Below are positions 1 through 6,347 of a stretch of DNA of 6,957 nucleotides, piece by piece. The notes below the pieces were generated by a model, which had not been told where the DNA came from, made no database searches, and saw only the letters and a list, made by a program, of their open reading frames with translations. The translations under genes and the position numbers were made by a program. Source of the stretch: Octopus sinensis (taxonomy: Eukaryota). The first letter of the stretch is position 1, and each line of letters starts with the position of its first letter. The stretch covers positions 1 to 6,957 of the forward strand of contig NW_021829101.1 in assembly GCF_006345805.1 (NCBI RefSeq), given 5' to 3'.

Positions 1-80
1 AACGTTTAAGAATTGATTTATTTAATTTATTCAATTGTTATTTAATGACAGTTTCCATTTAATACTGTGATAACCATGTA

Positions 81-111
81 TCAGGTCATCCCACAAGTTC
101 TGTCCGATTTT
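81..111 (+). repeat. Mariner left terminal inverted repeat
   Basis: Starts TA|TCAGGT, like known mariner ends. The reverse complement of 89-111 (AAAATCGGACAGAACTTGTGGGA) aligns to 1337-1360 at 20 of 24 columns. Confidence 0.85.
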
Positions 112-264
112 ACCTTTTTTTAAATTAAATGAAGTTTAATAGTATTTTAGAATGCCTAATGGTATTAAAAGTTATTTTTATGCATTTGTGTACATTTAAA
201 CTAATTAAATATTATTTTACAAAATAATAGAATTAAATTTTCTTTGATTAAAACCTTTTCTAAC

Positions 265-1293
265 ATGGAAGTATCCAAAGAGCATTTTAAGCACATAATA
301 CTTTATGAGTACAAACAAAGGAAACTCTGCAGCCGAAGCGACTCGAAACATACACTCAGTTTATGGGAAAGAATGCTTGAATGAAAGAACTTGCAGAAGA
401 TGGTTTGCAACATTCAGAAGTGGAGATTTCAGCCTTGAAGATGAAGATCGAACAGAACATCCAGTTGAGTTTGACGATAAGCTCTTTGAGGCATTACTTG
501 AAGAAAATCCTGCATTATCAGTTGAAGAATTGGCAATAAAGCTTAGTTTAAACCATATACCGTTTCATCGTCATGTTCAATAACTTGGAAAGGTTCCTAA
601 ACTTGAAAAATGGGTGCCTCATGAATTGCCCGAAAGCAACCGAAAATCCCAAGTTAACATCTGCTCTTCTCTCCATTCACGTGAACTCATTTCACCCTTT
701 TCGGATAGCCTTATGAATGGGGACGAAAATGGATCTTCTATCGAAATGTTGAAAGTCATAAACAGTGGATTTGTAAAAGGGATTAAGTTCAACCACAACC
801 GAGAAGGGAACTTCATGGGAAAAAGGTTCTTCTCTGTATCTGGTTGGATTGCAAGGGAGTAATTCACTTTGAATTATTACCACCTAATGCAACAATCAAT
901 GCTCGAGTCTACTATCAGCAATTAATGCGTTTGAACCAAGCGTTGAAGAAAAAAGACCCGCTTTAGTGAATCGAAAAGGATTAATGTTTGATCAGGACAA
1001 TGCGCGAGCCCACACTGCAAAGTCACATCGCAGAAGATTGAAGAGCTTAGTTGGGAAAAAAATTCCTCATCCACCTTATTCTCCCGACCTTGCTCCTTCA
1101 GACTACCATTTGTTTCGTAGTTTACAGAATTATTTGTGGGGACATAACTTTCGCAATCCAGGAGGCGGTCAAAAATGACATTTGAGAGTTCTTCGCTTTG
1201 AAACCAAAAGAGTTTTACACTGATGAAATTAAATAGCTGGTAAATAGATGGAAGGAAATCATAGATAATCAGGGAAAGTAGTTTGATGATTAA
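265..1293 (+). pseudogene. Mariner (Mos1/SETMAR-like) transposase pseudogene
   Basis: Manual translation from ATG 265 gives MEVSKEHFKHIILYEYKQ, then GNSAAEATRNI...CRRWFATFRSGDFSLEDEDR (HTH), WVPHEL (611-628), GDE (D at 722-724), QDNARAH (D at 996-998) and YSPDLAPSD (D at 1101-1103). After frame repair, 34 residues separate the 2nd and 3rd D (DD34D). Frameshifts lie near 319, 728, 950, 1020, 1060 and 1150. In-frame stops are at 581, 784, 1183, 1234 and 1279; the natural stop is at 1291-1293. Supplied ORFs 305-583, 614-862 and 966-1178 are fragments of this gene. Confidence 0.95.
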
Positions 1294-1336
1294 ATTTCAA
1301 TTAAATATAACTTTTGATCACTTGTTTTCTTTATTC

Positions 1337-1360
1337 AAAATTCGGAGAGAGCTTATGGGA
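1337..1360 (-). repeat. Mariner right terminal inverted repeat (outer ~8 nt decayed or missing)
   Basis: AAAATTCGGAGAGAGCTTATGGGA is the inverse of 89-111. The expected terminal TGACCTGA-TA is not recognisable. Confidence 0.8.
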
Positions 1361-1432
1361 ACTTATTTTCAAGCAAACTCATAAAACTTCTAGTTTCGAG
1401 TGGTGTAATAAATTTAATCGAAAATGTTTGAG

Positions 1433-1454
1433 TGGTATTTATCGATAAATACCA
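1433..1454. repeat. Perfect 22-bp palindrome
   Basis: TGGTATTTATCGATAAATACCA equals its own reverse complement. Confidence 0.95.
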
Positions 1455-1878
1455 ACGTAAAATTCAATACCGGCTACATTTGAACAAAGTAGATAAAGGC
1501 ACTTAACTGTCAATGTATTTTGTATGTTGTTTAACCTCGACTAAGACCTGATCAAAGCATTTCAACTAAATATATGTAATATCAAATTTTTAATGTGTAA
1601 ACTTGCAGGCAGTTAGTCTTTTCATTGAAATTGAAAATAAACAGCTTATTGTGTATTTTACTTTAAACTTTTAAAGTAAAAGTTTAAAAAAGTAAAAAGG
1701 AATTAATTATTTTAGTTTTAAAATTCTGACTTCAGAAGCAATATTTTAAGTCTTTTTATTTTCTTCCTACCCTGTACTTTTCTTAGCTTAATAACTGCTT
1801 GTTCTGTACTGTTCAGGTTCAATACTTGAGAATATTCTAGAATTCTGTGCCCTCATTTTTCATCATAACGTGCTCAGC

Positions 1879-1998
1879 GTATGTATGTATGTATGTATGT
1901 ATGTATGTATGTATGTATGTATGTATGTATGTATGTATGTATGTATGTATGTACGTATGTATGTATGTATGTATGCATGCATTTGCTATGTATGTATG

Positions 1999-2030
<32 letters not shown>
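1879..2030. repeat. Compound microsatellite (GTAT)24 ... (TA)14
   Basis: GTAT repeats at 1879-1974 with one GTAC variant at 1951, a short interrupted stretch, then TA repeats at 2003-2030. Confidence 0.98.
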
Positions 2031-2033
<3 letters not shown>

Positions 2034-2479
2034 CATCATTAGAGATAGGGTAGATAGACATGTCATTGTTGTACATGTTCTCTGCCTGGTCGACAATCTT
2101 TCCTCAGTTGATTATCATGTGTGAGAATTTTTCTTCCGTAACTCCACACTTATATCTTATGAAAATGTTGTGATTATTTCTAATTGTCTCTTGATATTGA
2201 TTATATTACCAGAATATAACTTTATTCATCAACAAAAAGTGTGTGGATGACATAATTTTCTTCTTTTCCGCATATCCCAGCACGAAGCCTTGTCATTTTG
2301 TTAACAGGGATGACAAAGGATTCACTGTCAGTAAAAACAACATTACAGATAAACTATCACCCTGGAATATTCTGTTTGTAACAATAGCTGTTGATTTAGT
2401 AGTTGTCATAACTGTGTGACTTTATTGTGGTCAGTCTTTCAATGGCATTCACTGTAGCAGCCGATTCTTTGGCAAGGTA
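2031..2479 (-). pseudogene. Reverse transcriptase fragment of a non-LTR retrotransposon, R4/Dong-like
   Basis: Minus-strand translation across frameshifts gives YLAKESAATVNAIERLTT...RIFQGDSLSVMLFLLTVNPLSSLL (IFQGDSLS at 2370-2347), then HTLFVD[E/-]KLYSGNIINIKRQLEIITTFS*DI (HTLFVDE at 2245-2225), then GKIVDQAENMYNNDMSIYPISNDE. The GIFQGDSLSPLLF / HLL(Y/F)xDDLKLY / TFSxDI pattern is that of R4-clade RTs. The clade call is from motif memory. Confidence 0.85.
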
Positions 2480-2559
2480 TATACCTTTATATATAAGCAC
2501 GAACGTGCACACATATGTATATGTTTGTATCTCAGTAGTTATTTGTATAAATCGGCGTG

Positions 2560-3142
2560 TATTATCTGAAGAATTCCTCTCATAATATGAAGATGTTACT
2601 TCTTGACAATGTCTCTGCTCACCCTAACTTAGTAGAGATTACAATTAAATTTCATTGTGTTACGTCTGCACTTTTTAACTTTGCAAATGTTTGGAAGAAG
2701 GTCAAGATCAAGTCTTTGACTAATGGTTGAAAAAGCTTTTGGTTAATATCGAAGCTGAATTGGATTTGAAAAGATCTGAGAAAAATGACTTTCAGAACAC
2801 AATAGTAAATGCTAGCACCTAGGGAAAAAGTGAAGGTGATTTTCAAGAACAGATTGAAATTGGTGAAGGTTAGCTTAGCTTGCAATTCCTCACTGAAGAA
2901 GGAATTGCAGATAAGTAGGGTAATCAAAGGTATTGAGATAGCGGAAGTTACAGAAGCACGGCCAGCACTTGTCTGAAAAATGGAAGCTTAAGAACATTGT
3001 CATCCATTATATAAGAATATATTCAGGCCTTGACATTTTCTCTCACTGTGAATATTTTCGATAATTCCGATCAACCACAATAAAGTCAAAGCACCAGAGT
3101 AGCAAACAACTGAACTAAGCCGCTTTCTTTTCGCTAAAATGA
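2560..3142 (+). pseudogene. pogo/Tigger (jerky-like, DDE_1) transposase C-terminal remnant with internal deletion
   Basis: Frame +1 reads YYLKNSSHNMKMLLLDNVSAHP (LLLDNxxAHP at 2596-2625, the second catalytic D motif of DDE_1), then FNFANVWKKVKIKSLTNG*K. After a frameshift it reads LLVNIEAELD...EG*LSLQFLTEEGIAD (to 2912). Frame +2 then gives EYFR*FRSTTIKSKHQSSKQLN*AAFF (3050-3130). Multiple stops and frameshifts. Confidence 0.7.
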
Positions 3143-3362
3143 TTCTCTTTTATTTCGCTTTCACCAGCTTACAAACAGACGGTATCACCATTTACGCACA
3201 TTTCAGAAAATATGTTAAGGTGGCAGATCCCGATTCACCTCTACGTTCAGATACTGAATAAAAACTACTACAATGCTAATGTTTACGGCAAAATAACTTT
3301 CCATGTTATTAAAAAAAGGATATACAAGCGTTTAATATATTTTTACACTAGATGTTGTATAA

Positions 3363-3491
3363 GCGCAGCAGTGGCTGTGTGGTGGGTGGCTTGCTTGCCA
3401 ACCACATGTTTTCAGGTTCAGTGCCACTGCGTCTTGTGGGTGGATTTGGTAGACAGAAACTGAAAGAAGCCCGTCGTATATATATATATAA

Positions 3492-3530
<39 letters not shown>

Positions 3531-3734
3531 TGTCTGTGTTTGTCCCCCCAACATCGCTTGATAACCGATGCTGGGTGTGTTTACGTCCCCGTAACTTAAC
3601 GGTTCAGCAAAAGAGACCAATAGAATAATTACTAGGCTTACAAAGAATAAGTCCTGGAGTCGATTTGCTCGACTAAAGGCGGTGTTGAAGCATGGCCGCA
3701 GTCAAATGGCTGAAACAACTAAAAGAATAAAAGA
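3363..3734 (+). mobile_element. tRNA-derived SINE, copy 1 (older, 48-nt internal deletion)
   Basis: Pol III A box-like TGGCTGTGTGG (3372-3382) and B box-like GGTTCAGTGCC (3415-3425), internal (TA)n(TG)n at 3477-3529, and an AAAAGA-type tail. Colinear with 5935-6347 throughout. Matches from memory the high-copy Octopus SINE ending CATGGCCGCAGTCAAATGACTGAAACAAGTAAAAGA. Confidence 0.9.
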
Positions 3735-3890
3735 CTAGAGTATATTGTAATGGAGCTTGTTTTACACTTAGAACAATGGAAAATAACACCGTGATTGTTA
3801 TCCATACAACAGAATTTCGGCATTAATAGAAACATCCCCTTATTTATTCATTTACGTTTACTTTAACAGAGTGACCTCCTCCCTGCAACA

Positions 3891-3914
3891 CCGTCGTTAA
3901 ATGAAGACTATTTG
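3891..3914 (-). repeat. Possible Tigger-type right terminal inverted repeat
   Basis: The reverse complement CAAATAGTCTTCATTTAACGACGG resembles Tigger ends (CAG.TAGTCCTC.CTTAACGAC). No left partner lies in the window and the flanking TA is not intact. Confidence 0.35.
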
Positions 3915-4161
3915 TGTGTGCATTTTGCGTGTGTGAGTGTGTGCGCGCGCATATATGGGTGTGTATATCTATATATATGTACAAGATGATATTGTTGAAT
4001 AACTTGGAAAAACAACAAAAACATTTAGTAACGTTAGTATTCCATTCAATTAGTAGAGGAAAATTTATAGATTCTTTTCAGTTGATTGGTGGAACAAGTA
4101 GTTGAGACAAAACTTGAAGTCTCAGTCAACTCAAAGTTTTATACACTCATATATATATATG

Positions 4162-4239
4162 TATATATACCAATTAAGGACTGCACACGAAAAGTGGACA
4201 GTCAAATGCTAGATATAGACGTCAAATCGCCATTCTCCA
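4162..4239 (+). repeat. Direct repeat copy A (78 nt)
   Basis: TATATATACCAATTAAGGACTGCACACGAAAAGTGGACAGTCAAATGCTAGATATAGACGTCAAATCGCCATTCTCCA is identical to 4648-4726 except for one extra C (4692) in copy B. Confidence 0.98.
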
Positions 4240-4315
4240 CAAAAGTTTATGTTCTCAGATCAACTCAAAAACAAAACCAAAGCAATAAACAAGTGAAAAA
4301 TATACGAAATAAATA

Positions 4316-4396
4316 TTTACCCATGTACTAAATTTAGTTTCAGCTGTTATTTTCCGCAAGGAAAAGTGCAGCATCATCAGCATGGTCCCATGTAAA
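4316..4396 (-). ncRNA. Type I hammerhead ribozyme with palindromic stem III
   Basis: The minus strand reads CCAUG-CUGAUGA-U-GCUG-CAC-UUUUCC-UUGC-GGAAAA-UAA-CAGC-U-GAA-ACUAAAUUUAGU-A|CAUGG. Catalytic core CUGAUGA is at 4380-4374 and GAAA at 4341-4338. Stem I is CCAUG/CAUGG, extendable by UUUAC/GUAAA. Stem II is GCUG/CAGC plus UUUUCC/GGAAAA. Stem III is the palindrome ACUAAAUUUAGU. The predicted GUA cleavage site is between 4326 and 4325. Confidence 0.85.
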
Positions 4397-4463
4397 ATGT
4401 AATTTGCTGGACTAAATGCCAACACGACACCAAAATATCGCGTGCATGGAGTCCGGCCTCTTA

Positions 4464-4487
4464 CATTTGAAATATATATTTCAAATG
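4464..4487. repeat. Perfect 24-bp palindrome
   Basis: CATTTGAAATATATATTTCAAATG equals its own reverse complement. Confidence 0.95.
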
Positions 4488-4647
4488 CCTTTACTTTGGC
4501 GCGATGAGACCCGAGAAAACTAGCCGGCAGCTAATAGTTAGCAGCAGTTAATTTATCGGTTAGAGAACAAATATTTATAAATTGATATTTATCAATTAGA
4601 ACCAGTGGTCTAGCATATTAAAGAAAGAATCCGAAGATTAAAATATT

Positions 4648-4726
4648 TATATATACCAATTAAGGACTGCACACGAAAAGTGGACAGTCAACATGCTAGA
4701 TATAGACGTCAAATCGCCATTCTCCA
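4648..4726 (+). repeat. Direct repeat copy B (79 nt)
   Basis: Matches 4162-4239 at an offset of 486 nt. Confidence 0.98.
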
Positions 4727-4765
4727 TTGTCGAGGGACAACAATCCCGAAACTACTTCGAGCGTA
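4727..4765 (+). other. Degenerate hammerhead-like core
   Basis: TTGTCGA-GGGA-CAACAA-TCCC-GAAAC...GTA shows 5 of 7 matches to CUGANGA, a perfect 4-bp stem II and GAAAC. No valid proximal stem I. Confidence 0.35.
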
Positions 4766-5145
4766 TCACTCAGGCTTGCGAGGAAGGGATGGCCTCCCTT
4801 TGCAAATACTCCAAGGACACTGATATTGTGTCTAAAGCCAGCTTGAGACGAAGATCTCTTGGGGCTATAAAGCTAAAGTAACACCCCCTCCCCAATGTGG
4901 TTAGCTATGATAAGATGGCTTCTATAGTTTACATTATCGAGCGATTACTGTTTCAATCTCATTCTGAGATTTAATTATGCCTATATATATATATATATAT
5001 ATATTAGAAGAAATGAGGTACTCAGAAAATCGGATGGTTTATATTTACAGATATTTATTTATTTGTATATTACATTTTTATACATCATATAACTTAGATC
5101 CTGTATTACCGCTTTCTCCCATTCTTGTGGGGTTTTCAAATCAAA

Positions 5146-5493
5146 CTAAGTTCCTGTGTGAAAAGTTTTGACCATTTTATAGTGGTATTCAGTTTGTAGT
5201 GGTGGGGAGGAATATAAGACAGTACAAGAGGGTGATGGATGAGGAGAAAGTGAGAGAGAGAGAGAGCATGTGAGTATGTGTGTGTGTGTGTGTGTGTGTG
5301 CATGCGTGTGTGTTTGTGTTTGTATTTGGAATGAGTGCTAAAGAAAACGAGGGGAAGGGAGAGGGAAGAAGAAAATAATTTTTTTGTTCTGCTGGACAGG
5401 ATGCTTATTCCAAGGGGGATCTAAGATCTTGGGGGAAAAGAATTTCAGTTTTGACCATTTCATAGTGTTATTGAGTGTGTGGTGGCGGGGAGG
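5146..5493 (+). repeat. Old imperfect direct duplication (5146-5210 vs 5421-5493)
   Basis: 5164-5210 and 5447-5493 match at 41 of 47 positions without gaps (offset 283). 5146-5164 and 5421-5439 match at 15 of 19. Confidence 0.85.
5249..5312. repeat. (GA)n and (TG)n microsatellites
   Basis: A GA run followed by an interrupted TG run, directly visible. Confidence 0.9.
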
Positions 5494-5606
5494 TAGACCA
5501 TAAATTATATTTCTTTTTATCATTGAGTGTGTGTGTTTAATGAGGGATGGTCAAATGGTTTTTTGGGTTTAGAGAAGAAGAATTCTTTTTATGATTGTTT
5601 TGTGGA

Positions 5607-5645
5607 GGTGTGTGTGTGTCTGTGTGTGCGTGTGTGTGTGTGTTT
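5607..5645. repeat. Interrupted (TG)n microsatellite
   Basis: Directly visible. Confidence 0.9.
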
Positions 5646-5934
5646 GTGAGTGTCTGTGAGTTTGGAGAAGGGAAGAGAGGAAAAAAAGGAGGAAGGAGAA
5701 ATAATTGTGTTGATATTTATACCACTATATATGTATATACATATATATACATAAAATATTAGAAAAAAACACATTTTATCAATTCAAAATGAACAATTAA
5801 TTTACATCATCTAGAAAATTGCATATCATAGAAAATTCAAAATTAAGATGACAATTAAACAGTAAAGATTAAGTAAATTGCAAAAATAATATAATGTATA
5901 TAATAGGTACTATATATATATATATACACATACA

Positions 5935-6347
5935 GGCGAAGGAGTGGCTGTGTGGTAAGTAGCTTGCTAACAAACCACATGGTTCCGGGTTCAGTCCCAC
6001 TGCGTGGCATCTTGGGCAAGTGTCTTCTGCTATAGCCCCGGGCCGACCAATGCCTTGTGAGTGGATTTGGTAGACGGAAACTGAAAGAAGCCTGTCGTAT
6101 ATATGTATATATATGTATGTGTGTATGTGAGTGTGCCTGTGTTTGTCCCCCTAGCATTGCTTGACAACCGATGCTGGTGTGTTTACGTCCCCGTCACTTA
6201 GCGGTTCGGCAAAAGAGACCGATAGAATAAGTACTGGGCTTACAAAGAATAAGTCCCGGGGTCGATTTGCTCGACTAAAGGCGGTGCTCCAGCATGGCCG
6301 CAGTCGAATGACTGAAACAAGTAAAAGAGTAAAAGAGTAAAAGAGTA
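5935..6347 (+). mobile_element. tRNA-derived SINE, copy 2 (full length)
   Basis: A box-like TGGCTGTGTGG (5945-5955), B box-like GGTTCAGTCCC (5988-5998) and the post-tRNA motif CTTGGGCAAG. Internal TA/TG tract near 6098-6136 and a 3' tail (GTAAAAGA)3 at 6321-6344. Homologous to 3363-3734. Confidence 0.93.

Larger units (their letters stand above)
81..1360 (+). mobile_element. Decayed full-length mariner (Tc1/mariner, DD34D) DNA transposon
   Basis: TA at 79-80 is followed by a left TIR TCAGGTCATCCCACAAGTTCTGTCCGATTTT (81-111). A matching right TIR lies at 1337-1360, and a disrupted transposase at 265-1293. The ~1.3 kb length is typical of mariners. Confidence 0.95.
4162..4982. mobile_element. 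Non-autonomous hammerhead-bearing retroelement (Penelope-like pseudo-LTR or retrozyme-like)
   Basis: Bounded by TA repeats (4148-4169 and 4982-5003). Contains a 78/79-nt direct repeat, a hammerhead ribozyme and several hairpins. No RT or GIY-YIG ORF is present. The family assignment is an inference. Confidence 0.6.

Noticed and set aside
619-883. Minus-strand ORFs 619-867 and 692-883
   Set aside because: Antisense shadows of the mariner transposase.
1837-2124. Three ORFs of 68-84 aa (YVCM/HTYI repeats)
   Set aside because: They are stop-free readings of GTAT/TA microsatellites. Only the MYNNDMSIYPISNDE part belongs to the RT remnant.
2652-2927. Minus-strand 91-aa ORF
   Set aside because: Antisense to the Tigger-like remnant, with no recognisable motif.
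3212-3620. ORFs overlapping SINE copy 1 (also 5855-6157 over copy 2)
   Set aside because: They run through SINE and microsatellite sequence. Their mutual similarity only reflects the SINE homology.
3348-3750. Target-site duplications for the SINEs (CTAGA..TTGTA around copy 1; TATACAC around copy 2)
   Set aside because: The matches are short, gapped, low-complexity and not directly adjacent to the element ends.
4162-4726. Direct repeats as a CRISPR array or retroviral LTRs
   Set aside because: Only two copies with a 408-nt spacer, a eukaryotic context, no cas genes, and no TG...CA ends, PBS or PPT.
4086-4881. ORFs 4086-4331 and 4693-4881 sharing MLDIDVKSPFS
   Set aside because: The shared peptide is the translated DNA direct repeat. 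There are no RT, GIY-YIG or other domain motifs.
4946-4980. Minus-strand hairpin AAUCUCA-GAA-UGAGAUU followed by GAAAC as a third hammerhead
   Set aside because: No CUGANGA upstream (it reads CAUAAUUA) and no stem I or III. At most a relic.
5935-6005. tRNA gene at the SINE heads (also 3363-3432)
   Set aside because: A and B boxes are present, but no convincing cloverleaf forms and the sequence continues into a SINE body and tail.
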